From Candidatus Saccharimonadota bacterium (GTDB lineage Bacteria > Patescibacteriota > Saccharimonadia > Saccharimonadales > UBA4665), in NCBI GenBank assembly GCA_963716945.1, contig OY970322.1, positions 480,001 to 512,000 of the forward strand: DNA of 32,000 bases, given 5' to 3'. The translations under genes were made by a program, and so were the position numbers. The stretch's first letter is position 1. Each line of letters begins with the position of its first letter. Below are positions 17,113-25,704 of the stretch, piece by piece. The notes beneath the pieces are model-generated. The model was not told the DNA's origin and searched no databases. It saw only the letters and a list, made by a program, of their open reading frames with translations.

Positions 17113-18186
17113 ATGAGCGAAAAACACTTTTTGCGGCGGCGGTGGAAGCTGATCCTGAACCTGGTCACGCTGACCGCCCTGGTAGTACTGGTCTACGCTA
17201 TCCGGCACCAGCTGGGGGCGACCTTTGACGACCTCAAGCATGTCAACGGCTGGGCGCTCTTGCTGATGGTGCCGGTTGAAGCGGTCAACTACCACGCCCA
17301 AGCCAAGCTGTACCAGCGGCTGTTCGGCATTGTCGGCAACGACCTGGATTATAAGTTTCTCTACCGGGCGTCGCTGGAGCTGAACTTCGTCAACCACGTC
17401 TTCCCGAGCGGCGGCGTGACCGGCCTGTCGTATTTCGGCGTGCGGATGCGCGACGGTCCCAAGCTGACCGGCGCCAAAGCGACCCTCGTCCACGTCATGA
17501 AACTGGGTTTGACGTTCCTGTCGTTCGAGCTGCTGATTGTCTTCGGTTTGTTCTGCCTGGCGATTATGGGCCGGGTCAGCAACCTGACGATCTTGGTGGC
17601 GGCCGTGGTGTCGACGCTGCTGGTAGTCGGCACGTTCGGCTTCGTTTATATGGTCGGCAGCAAACAGCGCATCAATAACTTCTTTACCAACGCGACACGG
17701 GTTTTGAACCGCCTGATCCAGCTGGTACGGCCGAAACACCCGGAAACGATTAACATCGGGCAAGCCAGGCAGGTATTTGATGACTTCCACAATAATTATG
17801 ATGAAATCAAGAATAGCTACAAGGAGCTGAAAGCGCCGTTCTGGTACGCCTTCCTGGCCAACGTGACAGAGGTCATGGCGATTTATGTGGTCTACATCGC
17901 GTTCGACAAATTCATTAATATCGGCGCCGTCATTTTCGCCTACGCGGTGGCTAATTTCGCCGGCCTGGTGTCGGTATTGCCCGGCGGCGTCGGTATCTAC
18001 GAAGCGCTGATGACGGCCGTGCTGGCCAGTACCGGCGTCGCGGCCGGCGTCAGCTTGCCGGTGACGATTATGTACCGGGTGGTCAACACTCTGATCCAAA
18101 TCCCACCCGGTTATTATCTCTACCAGAAGACGCTGCGGCGGGGCGAGCAGCCGCCCGGCGCGCCCGGAGCGGCCGGTGCCGCCTGA
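17113..18186 (+). CDS. Polytopic membrane protein, flippase-like / lysyl-phosphatidylglycerol-synthase TM-region family (tentative)
   Basis: 357 aa with about 8 hydrophobic helices and a basic N-terminus (RRRWKLILNLVTLTALVVLV). The family assignment is from overall resemblance only. The fully overlapping antisense ORF is a GC shadow. Confidence 0.6.
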   Translation: MSEKHFLRRRWKLILNLVTLTALVVLVYAIRHQLGATFDDLKHVNGWALLLMVPVEAVNYHAQAKLYQRLFGIVGNDLDYKFLYRASLELNFVNHVFPSGGVTGLSYFGVRMRDGPKLTGAKATLVHVMKLGLTFLSFELLIVFGLFCLAIMGRVSNLTILVAAVVSTLLVVGTFGFVYMVGSKQRINNFFTNATRVLNRLIQLVRPKHPETINIGQARQVFDDFHNNYDEIKNSYKELKAPFWYAFLANVTEVMAIYVVYIAFDKFINIGAVIFAYAVANFAGLVSVLPGGVGIYEALMTAVLASTGVAAGVSLPVTIMYRVVNTLIQIPPGYYLYQKTLRRGEQPPGAPGAAGAA

Positions 18187-19324
18187 GGCTGGCAACGATA
18201 TCGAGCTGGGCGTCAGCGACTTCGTGGCGCTGCTTAACCAGACGCTGGAATATGCCTATCCCAGCGTGGTTATTACCGGCGAGTTGGCGAACTTCCGGGT
18301 CAGCAAGAACAAGTGGGTCTATTTCGACCTCAAGGATGAGCTGGCTACTGTCAGGTTTTTCGGGACTATTTACAGTTTGCCGGGGCCGTTGGAGGACGGC
18401 ATGCTGCTGCGGGTCCGCGGCCAGCCGCGGCTGCACCAGCTGTACGGATTCAGCGTCAATGTTTTGAGTATCCAGCCCGCGGGAGAGGGCAGCATCAAAC
18501 GGGCGGCGGCACTGCTGCAGGCCAAACTGGCGGCCGAAGGCCTGTTCGACGAGGCGCGCAAGCGGCCTTTGCCGTACCCGCCGGCCCGTATCGGCCTGAT
18601 TACGTCCCGGCAATCGGCGGCTTACGCCGATTTTATCAAAATCTTGGATGCCCGCTGGCGCGGCGTCGATATCCGGCTAATCGACGTGCAGGTGCAGGGC
18701 GAAGCCGCGCCAGGCCAGATAACCGCTGCCCTGGAGCGTTTCAATAGCGAGGCCGAACCGCCGGAAGTGGTCGTTATTATCAGGGGCGGCGGCAGCGCCG
18801 AAGACCTGGCGGCTTTCAGTACCGAACAGGTTGCCCGGGCCGTCGCCGGCAGCCGCGTGCCGACGCTGGTGGCAATCGGCCACGAAATCGACCTGTCGCT
18901 GGCCGAGCTGGCCGCCGACCGCCGGGCCAGTACGCCCAGCAACGCCGCCGAGCTGTTGGTCCCCGACCGCGTCAAGGCTTTGGCCGAGCTTGGCCAGTAT
19001 AGCGGCGGGCTAGGGGAAGCGGTTCTGCGCCGGCTGCGGACCGCCAACGCCGACCTGGAGCAGCAAACCGTGGCTTTGGAACAGGGGCTCAAGCAGATCC
19101 TGGACCGGGCCGTCTTGGCCGTCAAGAACCAGGCCGGGCTGCTGGAGGCGCTTAACCCGGAGGCCGTCTTGCGCCGGGGTTACGCCATCGTCCGCCGCGA
19201 CGGCCGGCCGGTGCGGACTGTCGGCTCCCTAAGCGGCGGTGGTATAGTTGACGTACAGCTTGGCGACGGCGCTTTCACGGCTACCGTCGACAAGATCAAT
19301 AAATCATCGCCAGGGAGCCTTTAA
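18176..19324 (+). CDS. xseA: Exodeoxyribonuclease VII large subunit
   Basis: N-terminal OB-fold segment (ITGELANFRVSKNKWVYFDLKD), the IIRGGGSAEDL motif and a C-terminal helical tail. Followed directly by xseB. GTG start overlaps the upstream gene by 11 nt. Confidence 0.9.
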   Translation: MPPEAGNDIELGVSDFVALLNQTLEYAYPSVVITGELANFRVSKNKWVYFDLKDELATVRFFGTIYSLPGPLEDGMLLRVRGQPRLHQLYGFSVNVLSIQPAGEGSIKRAAALLQAKLAAEGLFDEARKRPLPYPPARIGLITSRQSAAYADFIKILDARWRGVDIRLIDVQVQGEAAPGQITAALERFNSEAEPPEVVVIIRGGGSAEDLAAFSTEQVARAVAGSRVPTLVAIGHEIDLSLAELAADRRASTPSNAAELLVPDRVKALAELGQYSGGLGEAVLRRLRTANADLEQQTVALEQGLKQILDRAVLAVKNQAGLLEALNPEAVLRRGYAIVRRDGRPVRTVGSLSGGGIVDVQLGDGAFTATVDKINKSSPGSL

Positions 19325-19531
19325 ATGCCTAAAGCAGAGCCCAAACAACCGGCCATAAACTATGAAACGCTCAAGTCCGAGCTGGATACCATCATGACCG
19401 AACTGCAGCGCGAAGACCTGGACGTCGACGCTGCTCTCAAACATTATCAGCGGGGCTTGGAATTGGTCCGCCAGCTGGAGGAGTACCTGGCCAAGGCCGA
19501 AAACCGGGTGGCCGAGCTCAAAGCCAAATGA
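19325..19531 (+). CDS. xseB: Exodeoxyribonuclease VII small subunit
   Basis: 68-aa helical protein (LKSELDTIMTELQREDLDVDAALKHYQRGLELVRQLE). The start abuts the xseA stop (TAA-ATG), with a GGGAG SD. Confidence 0.9.
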   Translation: MPKAEPKQPAINYETLKSELDTIMTELQREDLDVDAALKHYQRGLELVRQLEEYLAKAENRVAELKAK

Positions 19532-20019
19532 TCTGGCTGGCCCTGGTCCTGGGAATTCTGCTGCTCATCTGTTTTGCCGGCGTTCTGCTGGTCGGCGCGC
19601 CGTACCTGCCGACCCTTCACCGGCAAATACGCGCCGCCTTGGAATTAACCGGCCTGAGGCCGGGGGACACGCTGCTGGAGCTCGGTTGCGGCGACGGCCG
19701 GGTCTTGATAGCCGCCGCCCGGCTGGGCTTTGACGTCGTCGGCTACGAACTTAATCCCGTGCTGGCCGTTATAGCCTGGCTCCGGACGCGCCGTTATCGC
19801 CGCCAGGTCAGGGTCATATGGGGTGATTTCTGGCGTAAGCCGTGGCCGCCGGCCGAAGCCATCTTCACCTTCCTGCTGCCGAAATACATGCCCAAGCTGA
19901 ATAAAAAAGTTATGCAATATTCAAACAGACCGGTCAAACTAGTAAGCTTCGCCTTCAAGATTCCGGGCGAGAAGATAGTCGCCGAAAAAGACGGCGTTTA
20001 CCTCTATAAATACTACTGA
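19528..20019 (+). CDS. Membrane-anchored class I SAM methyltransferase, FAM173/ATPSCKMT-like
   Basis: N-terminal TM helix, then GAPYLPT and LELGCGDGRVLIAAARLGFDVVGYELNP (motif I plus an acidic residue). ATGA overlap with xseB. Confidence 0.7.
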   Translation: MIWLALVLGILLLICFAGVLLVGAPYLPTLHRQIRAALELTGLRPGDTLLELGCGDGRVLIAAARLGFDVVGYELNPVLAVIAWLRTRRYRRQVRVIWGDFWRKPWPPAEAIFTFLLPKYMPKLNKKVMQYSNRPVKLVSFAFKIPGEKIVAEKDGVYLYKYY

Positions 20020-20067
20020 GCCGGCGCCTATTTGCCAGCTGCCGCCATCTGAGGTAACATTGACAGT

Positions 20068-20742
20068 ATGTTAAAACATAACCAGGTTGGCGCAATCGGC
20101 GGCGAAGACATATCCTTGACCCTGGCGATCATACTGCTGATAGCTGCGCTGGTTTTTGGCGGCTGGGCCTATAGCAGCCGGCAGGATTATAAGAATAACG
20201 CCGATGTTAAGATCGACAATGCCGTGGCGGCCGCGAAACAGGAACAGAATAAAGTCGACCAAGGCTTTTTCGACGAACAGGCCAAACAGCCGCTAAGGGC
20301 TTATGACGGTCCCCAGGCTTATGGCAGCCTGGTGGTTAATTTCCCCAAGAACTGGAGCGCTTATGTTGACGATAGCGGCACCAGTCTTAACGGCTTGGTT
20401 GACGGCTATTTCGCGCCCGGCACGGTGCCGGCGATTACCAGTCCGACATCGGTTTTCGCGTTGCGGGTGCAGGTGATTAACAAGGCCTATAGCCAGGTTG
20501 TCCAGTCTTTTTCTAAGCAGCAGCAAGCCGGCAAGCTGACGGTTAGCGCTTACGCGCTGCCGAAATTCCCCAAGAACGTCGGCGTGGAAGTCGTCGGTCT
20601 GCTAAGCAAGCAAGCCACCCAGTCGGTGACAATGGTGGTTATACCGCTGCGCTCGGACACGCTGGAGCTATGGACCCAAGGCAGCCAGTATTTGAGCGAT
20701 TTCAACAATAATATTTTGCCCAATTTCAGTTTCTCGCCCTGA
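20068..20742 (+). CDS. N-terminally anchored hypothetical exported protein
   Basis: A single TM helix (LTLAIILLIAALVFGGWAY) followed by a ~180-aa soluble domain. No motif recognised. Confidence 0.7.
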   Translation: MLKHNQVGAIGGEDISLTLAIILLIAALVFGGWAYSSRQDYKNNADVKIDNAVAAAKQEQNKVDQGFFDEQAKQPLRAYDGPQAYGSLVVNFPKNWSAYVDDSGTSLNGLVDGYFAPGTVPAITSPTSVFALRVQVINKAYSQVVQSFSKQQQAGKLTVSAYALPKFPKNVGVEVVGLLSKQATQSVTMVVIPLRSDTLELWTQGSQYLSDFNNNILPNFSFSP

Positions 20743-20828
20743 TATGCCGGCCGGCCTGGCCGGGAACTAACCATCGATCGTTTTTTGAGCTATACTCTAG
20801 ATAGTTAAACGGGGTTCGATAACTGTTT

Positions 20829-21560
20829 ATGGGGAGCGAAGGGTTTGACGCCAAGCCGGTTTTGTCGCAGCGGCTGCTGTTGACGGTGGCCGAGGAGCTG
20901 AAACTGCCCCTGTTGCAGATCGCGCGCCGGGCCGAACAGGGCCAGCTGGACGGCGGCCGGGCCGACTTGTCGGTCATCCGGACGACGGCCGAAGCGGCCT
21001 TGCGGCTGCTCGATAATTATTCGTTAGGTATAAGGTTAGCCCTGGAGCCGCAGCCGATGGCTGTCGAGTCGGTTTCGGTGTCGTCGGTTTTGTATGACGC
21101 CGGGCAGCAGCTGGACGGTTTGGCCAAAAGTTACGGCGTCGAGCTGGAACTGAGCATTGCCGGCCGTTACGGTCCGGTACTGGCGCACCGGCAGGGGTTG
21201 CAGGCGGCATTGGTCAGCCTGGGGGCGGCCTTGATCGAAGCTTTGCCGGCCCAAGCCGACGCCGGCAATGGCGGCCAGCTCAAACTCCGTTTGGCGACCC
21301 ACCGCAGCCGCTACGGCATCGTCGCCGGCCTGTACGCCGACACCAAGCAGGTCAGCAACGAAGCCCTGCAGCACGGCCGCGAACTGCAGAGCCGCAGCCG
21401 CCAGCCGCTAATGGATTTGACCCATACCAGCGGCGCCGGCATTTTCGTAGCCGACACTATCCTGAAAGCCATGAACCTCGACCTGCGGTCTTCGCGGCAC
21501 CGCCGTCTGTACGGCCTGGGTACCGTTTTGCAACCCAATCACCAATTGCAACTGGTTTAA
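20829..21560 (+). CDS. Cytoplasmic histidine-kinase-like protein with degenerate H, N and G1 boxes (pseudo-kinase)
   Basis: LLLTVAEELKLPLLQI aligns to the H-box FLANVSHELRTPL, with Glu22 (nt 20892-20894) in place of His. VLAHRQGLQAALVSLGAALIEAL aligns to the N-box region without the Asn. SGAGIFVADTILKAM aligns to the G2 region. Confidence 0.65.
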   Translation: MGSEGFDAKPVLSQRLLLTVAEELKLPLLQIARRAEQGQLDGGRADLSVIRTTAEAALRLLDNYSLGIRLALEPQPMAVESVSVSSVLYDAGQQLDGLAKSYGVELELSIAGRYGPVLAHRQGLQAALVSLGAALIEALPAQADAGNGGQLKLRLATHRSRYGIVAGLYADTKQVSNEALQHGRELQSRSRQPLMDLTHTSGAGIFVADTILKAMNLDLRSSRHRRLYGLGTVLQPNHQLQLV

Positions 21561-21562
21561 CG

Positions 21563-21949
21563 ATGGCTAAAATTCTCCTGGTCGAACCCGATAATGTGCT
21601 AGCCGAGACTTATTCGGCGGCTCTGGCCGGCGCCGGTTATGAAGTAGCGGTCGCCGCCGGTGCCCAGGCAGCAGTCTCGGCGGCCGATGCTGTCCGGCCC
21701 GACCTGGTCATCCTGGAACTGCAGCTGGTCGAGCATTCGGGCATCGAGTTCCTGTACGAGTTCCGGTCTTATCCGGAATGGCAGGATATACCGGTCCTGG
21801 TCCATACGGCGGTGCCGCCCGGCGAGTTCGAGGGCAGCTGGCAAATCCTGGGCGGGGAGCTAGGCATCGAAGTTTATCTTTACAAGCCCCGGACATCACT
21901 GGCCGGGCTGCTCGGTAATGTCCGCGACCAGCTGTCAGTACCGGCATGA
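21563..21949 (+). CDS. Stand-alone receiver domain with Glu at the phospho-acceptor position (atypical response regulator)
   Basis: ILLVEPDN (in place of DD) and PDLVILELQL, with Glu52 (nt 21716-21718) where Asp is expected. The conserved Thr (VLVHTAV) and Lys (YLYKP) are retained. Confidence 0.8.
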   Translation: MAKILLVEPDNVLAETYSAALAGAGYEVAVAAGAQAAVSAADAVRPDLVILELQLVEHSGIEFLYEFRSYPEWQDIPVLVHTAVPPGEFEGSWQILGGELGIEVYLYKPRTSLAGLLGNVRDQLSVPA

Positions 21950-22641
21950 ACCAAATCATCACCAAAGGTATTGTCCTGAGCCGTACCGATTATGGCGAAG
22001 CCGACCGTATCCTGACGCTGTTGACGCCGGACCAGGGCAAACTCCGCCTGATGGCCCGCGGCGTGCGCCGGCCCAAAAGCAAGCTGGCCGGCGGCATTGA
22101 ATTATTCAGCACCAGCGATATAACTTTCATCCGCGGGCGGGGCGAAATCGGGACCTTGGTCTCGGCCCGCCTAGTCAAATATTACGACAGCATAGTCAAG
22201 GACATCGGCCGTGTCCAGCTGGGCTACGAACTGATCAAAATGCTCAACCGCGCGACCGAGGACCAGCCGGAAGCCGACTATTTCGAGCTGCTGCGCCGGA
22301 CTTTTGAGGCCCTGGACGACCCGGCGGCCAGCCGGGCCCTTATTCGTGTCTGGTTCGAGGCCCGGCTGCTGTACCTGGCAGGGCACTCGCCGAACCTGCA
22401 TAGCGGCATGGACAATCAGAAGCTGAGCCAGGAGGGCGCCTATGAGTTCGATTTCGACGCCATGGCTTTCCGGCCGCGGGCGGACGGCCGTTTCGGGGCT
22501 GCCCACATCAAGACTTTGCGCCTGCTGTTCAGCCACCATCCGCCGCGGACCTTAGCCCAGGTCCAGGGCTTGGAAGGCCTTTTGCCCGATTTGGCACCGC
22601 TGGTGCAGACCATGCTGGCCGCCCACATCCGGCTGCCGTAG
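21946..22641 (+). CDS. recO: DNA repair protein RecO
   Basis: GIVLSRTDYGEADRILTLLTPDQGKLRLMARGVRRPKSKL is a typical RecO OB-fold N-terminus. 231 aa. ATGA overlap with the receiver gene. Confidence 0.88.
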   Translation: MNQIITKGIVLSRTDYGEADRILTLLTPDQGKLRLMARGVRRPKSKLAGGIELFSTSDITFIRGRGEIGTLVSARLVKYYDSIVKDIGRVQLGYELIKMLNRATEDQPEADYFELLRRTFEALDDPAASRALIRVWFEARLLYLAGHSPNLHSGMDNQKLSQEGAYEFDFDAMAFRPRADGRFGAAHIKTLRLLFSHHPPRTLAQVQGLEGLLPDLAPLVQTMLAAHIRLP

Positions 22642-22655
22642 CGCCGCCCGCCCAA

Positions 22656-22684
22656 TTGACAATTTAAGCATAATAATTTAAAAT
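22656..22684 (+). promoter_or_regulatory. Promoter TTGACA-17-TAAAAT, 10 nt before ATG 22695
   Basis: TTGACA at 22656-22661 and TAAAAT at 22679-22684. The surrounding ~40 nt are almost pure A/T. Confidence 0.65.
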
Positions 22685-22694
22685 AATAAATAAT

Positions 22695-23300
22695 ATGACT
22701 GAAAGCTACAAGGGCCAGGAACCCGATAAAGACGCCCCGAAAATCGTTTGCTTGGGGACCGACCCGAGTGATTCTGGCCGGGTAAGTATCGGCCGGCTGT
22801 ATAACCGGCCGGGCCAAGTCTTCGAGCCTGACGCCGACAGGTCAATGAGCGGCGGCCTGCGTTCGTTGGACAGCCGCCACGCCGACACGTCGCTTGGCTC
22901 CGGCCGCGACCGTCCGGAGTCGGAAGGCGTCCTGCTTATCAAGACGAAAGACCAGACTTATTGGGTGGAAAGGGGCGTTCTGATCCATGTCGAAGAAACG
23001 GTTAGAGCCGGCGAAATGGTAGCCGAGGTAGTCGAAGACTCCAGGCCGCGCATTGTAATCGGCGGCGGCTCCTGGGACTATAAGCCGTCCGGCGCACAAC
23101 CGGGTCTGGCCGGCTGGAAAGATATTGGCAACGTAACCGAACTGGCAGTTGACGGCCTGGAGTTCGACAGCAGCCGAACGGCCAAGGAACACCTTGCCCG
23201 GGGCACCATGTACGAAGGCTTCGAGGACGTGGCCATGGACCTAAACTCGGTCGGCGTAAACCCGAGTGTAGATATTGAAGTCATGCTGGCCATGCCGTAG
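22695..23300 (+). CDS. Hypothetical acidic protein (201 aa)
   Basis: ORF starts 10 nt after a consensus-like promoter. No signal peptide or TM segment, and no motif recognised. Confidence 0.7.
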   Translation: MTESYKGQEPDKDAPKIVCLGTDPSDSGRVSIGRLYNRPGQVFEPDADRSMSGGLRSLDSRHADTSLGSGRDRPESEGVLLIKTKDQTYWVERGVLIHVEETVRAGEMVAEVVEDSRPRIVIGGGSWDYKPSGAQPGLAGWKDIGNVTELAVDGLEFDSSRTAKEHLARGTMYEGFEDVAMDLNSVGVNPSVDIEVMLAMP

Positions 23301-23316
23301 CGGTGACGCTTCCCGC

Positions 23317-23345
23317 GTGACACCACCCGATGCTTAGCATATAAT
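23317..23345 (+). promoter_or_regulatory. Promoter GTGACA-17-TATAAT, 8 nt before ATG 23354 (glyQS)
   Basis: GTGACA at 23317-23322 and TATAAT at 23340-23345. Confidence 0.6.
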
Positions 23346-23353
23346 TAGCGGCA

Positions 23354-24778
23354 ATGAGCCAAGAAGTTAGCCTTGAGGATATTGTCAGCCTGTGTAAGCG
23401 CCGCGGCTTTATTTACCAGGGCAGCGAGGTTTACGGCGGCCTGGCCGGCACGTGGGATTACGGGCCGCTGGGCGTCGCTCTCAAGCGCAATATCATGAAC
23501 CTGTGGTGGAAGACGTTCGTCGAAGACCGCGACGACATGCTCGGCGTCGACGCCGCCATTCTGATGAACCAGAAGGTCTGGCAGGCCAGCGGCCATGTCG
23601 ACACTTTCACCGACCCGCTGGTGGAATGTTCCAACTGCCACAGCCGTTTCCGGGCCGACAAGATCGACCTTGGCAAATGCCCGAATTGCGGCCAGGAGAA
23701 GACGTTCGGCGAACCGCGGCAATTCAACATGATGTTCAAGACGAAGGTCGGCCCGCTGGCCGACGACATCCATCTGGTCCTGGACAAGGGCTTCATCGAC
23801 ATGGTCAGCCAGGAGTTCGCCGATAAGGGCACGACTCAAAAAGCAATAACTCTCTCCGAAAAGCAGCTCGACCACGGCGGCGATTACGTTTCCTACCTGC
23901 GGCCCGAAACCGCCCAAGGCATTTTCACCAACTTCAAAAACGTCGTCGACAGCTTCTACCCGGACCTGCCGTTCGGTATCGCCCAGCAGGGCAAAGCCTT
24001 CCGCAACGAGATCAGCCCGCGCGATTTCGTCTTCCGCTCGCGCGAGTTCGAACAGATGGAAATCGAATATTTCGTCCATGAAAACGAGTGGCAGGAAGCT
24101 TTTGAAAAATGGGTCACCGACATCGAAGCTTTCCTGCGGCAACTCGGCCTGCCGGATAACAAAATCCACAAACTGGAAGTCCCGGACACCGACCGCGCCC
24201 ACTACAGCAAGCGCACCATCGACTTCGAATTCGATTTCCCGGTCGGCCGCGACGAGCTCCTGGGCCTGGCTTACCGCACCGACTTCGACCTCCGGAATAT
24301 TCAGAAAGCCTCGGGCAAGAGCATGGAATACCGGCCCAAAGACGGTGCCCCGGCCTTCGTACCGCACGTCATCGAACCGAGTTTCGGCGTCGAACGGGCC
24401 ATCATGGCCGTCCTCAGCTCGGCCTACACCGAAGACGAAATCAACGGCGAAAAACGGACCTACCTCAAGCTGCCGCCCCACATAGCGCCGGTCAAAGTCG
24501 CCGTCTCACCGCTTCTCAAGAACAAACCCGAACTCGTCGCCAAAGCCCGCGAAGTCTACACCATGCTGAAGAAGGAATTCGGCGCCGTCATGTGGGACGA
24601 CAACGGCAACATCGGCAAACGCTACCGCCGCCAGGACGAGATCGGCACGCCGTACTGCGTCACCATCGACTTTGACACTCTCGAAGACGACACCGTCACC
24701 GTCCGCTCCCGCGACACCACGGAGCAAAAGCGCTGCAAAGTAGCCGAGCTTAACCAGGTTTTGCACACTCCAGAGTAA
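23354..24778 (+). CDS. glyQS: Glycine--tRNA ligase, dimeric (alpha2) class II type
   Basis: RRGFIYQGSEVYGGLAGTWDYGPLG, the zinc-ribbon-like insertion CSNCHSRFRADK...CPNCG, YLRPETAQGIF (motif 2 region), SFGVERA (motif 3 region) and a C-terminal anticodon-binding domain. Confidence 0.95.
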   Translation: MSQEVSLEDIVSLCKRRGFIYQGSEVYGGLAGTWDYGPLGVALKRNIMNLWWKTFVEDRDDMLGVDAAILMNQKVWQASGHVDTFTDPLVECSNCHSRFRADKIDLGKCPNCGQEKTFGEPRQFNMMFKTKVGPLADDIHLVLDKGFIDMVSQEFADKGTTQKAITLSEKQLDHGGDYVSYLRPETAQGIFTNFKNVVDSFYPDLPFGIAQQGKAFRNEISPRDFVFRSREFEQMEIEYFVHENEWQEAFEKWVTDIEAFLRQLGLPDNKIHKLEVPDTDRAHYSKRTIDFEFDFPVGRDELLGLAYRTDFDLRNIQKASGKSMEYRPKDGAPAFVPHVIEPSFGVERAIMAVLSSAYTEDEINGEKRTYLKLPPHIAPVKVAVSPLLKNKPELVAKAREVYTMLKKEFGAVMWDDNGNIGKRYRRQDEIGTPYCVTIDFDTLEDDTVTVRSRDTTEQKRCKVAELNQVLHTPE

Positions 24779-24786
24779 CAGCAATT

Positions 24787-25662
24787 ATGAGCAATACCTT
24801 AATCGGAACTTGCGTAGGCTTGATAACTGCCGTGTGCTGGGGAGCTGGAGATTGGCTGACGCCGCGGAGTAAAGGCAAGCTCAGTTTTTGGCAGATAAAC
24901 TTCGCAGTTAACCTCATTGGCGGAGCTCTGTGCGCGGCTATACTACTATTATCGTCACCGCATATGGGCAGCAGCAGCCAAACCATGAAGCTGGTTGGCG
25001 CTTCGGCCCTAATCGCAGTCGGCTATTTACTTTTTGTTAAAGCCTTAACGATAGGTGCCGTCGGTACGGTTGTGCCGCTAAGCAGCATATACCCGATGCT
25101 GACATTGGGGTTATCAATCGTGTTTTTGCATCAGGTCTACCGGCACTTGCAGATCGCGGCTATGGTACTGATAGTATTCGGCGCCGTCTTGCTGGCCTAT
25201 GAGAAGAACCGGCACAAGGAGCAGGCTTTTGAGCTTTACAAAGCTTCGATTTTCACTCTGGCGGCAGTCCTGATGTGGGGCGTCGGCTTCTTCATTATCA
25301 ACCCTTTGATCCCCAAGGTTCAATGGCAGGTTATATCAGGCTTATTGTATCTTGTTTGCCTATCAATCGCCGCGTTATTGATGCTGTTCGTCTACAAAGG
25401 CTCCGTCTGGCCGGCCGTCATCCGAACCGTAACCAACCGGACCATGATGCTGACCAGCTTATTGATGGCCGCCGGGACGATAATTTTGTACATAGGCGCG
25501 GGCCGGGTAGGTAATATTATCATTCCCGTTGTTCTATCCTCGCTATCACCGCTTTTGGCAGCAGCACTGGGGGCGGTAGTCGATAATGAAAAACTAGGCT
25601 TCCTAAAACGGGCCGGCGCTATCTTGGCAGTCGGCGGCATCGTCCTGCTTAACGTGCATTAA
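24787..25662 (+). CDS. EamA/DMT-superfamily transporter
   Basis: 291 aa with about 10 TM helices in two internally similar halves. AT-richer than the upstream genes. Confidence 0.75.
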   Translation: MSNTLIGTCVGLITAVCWGAGDWLTPRSKGKLSFWQINFAVNLIGGALCAAILLLSSPHMGSSSQTMKLVGASALIAVGYLLFVKALTIGAVGTVVPLSSIYPMLTLGLSIVFLHQVYRHLQIAAMVLIVFGAVLLAYEKNRHKEQAFELYKASIFTLAAVLMWGVGFFIINPLIPKVQWQVISGLLYLVCLSIAALLMLFVYKGSVWPAVIRTVTNRTMMLTSLLMAAGTIILYIGAGRVGNIIIPVVLSSLSPLLAAALGAVVDNEKLGFLKRAGAILAVGGIVLLNVH

Positions 25663-25687
25663 GGCAGTCTGGAATCTGGCTGAAGCC

Positions 25688-25696
25688 TGCTATGAT
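25688..25696 (+). promoter_or_regulatory. Extended -10 promoter (TGcTATGAT), 8 nt before ATG 25705
   Basis: TG at 25688-25689 and TATGAT at 25691-25696. The TTG 25696 start of the ORF track lies inside the -10 box. Confidence 0.55.
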
Positions 25697-25704
25697 TGAA
25701 GCAA

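Noticed and set aside
17098-18195. 365-aa minus-strand ORF fully overlapping the 17113-18186 membrane-protein gene. Similar long antisense ORFs occur at 1004-2092, 10337-11152, 13611-14276, 15949-16833, 23345-24481, 27726-28793 and 30131-30868.
   Set aside because: These are GC-rich shadow frames. Their translations are R/A/G/P/H-rich low-complexity sequence with no motifs. The opposite strand in every case encodes a protein with unmistakable family signatures (SecA/M16, Ctp, PyrG, methyltransferase, GlyRS, ALDH, helicase) or coherent TM helices.
23301-23353. Possible T-box riboswitch leader upstream of glyQS, as in Firmicutes.
   Set aside because: The intergenic region is only 53 nt and is occupied by a GTGACA-17-TATAAT promoter ending 8 nt before the ATG. 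There is no room for a ~200-nt T-box.
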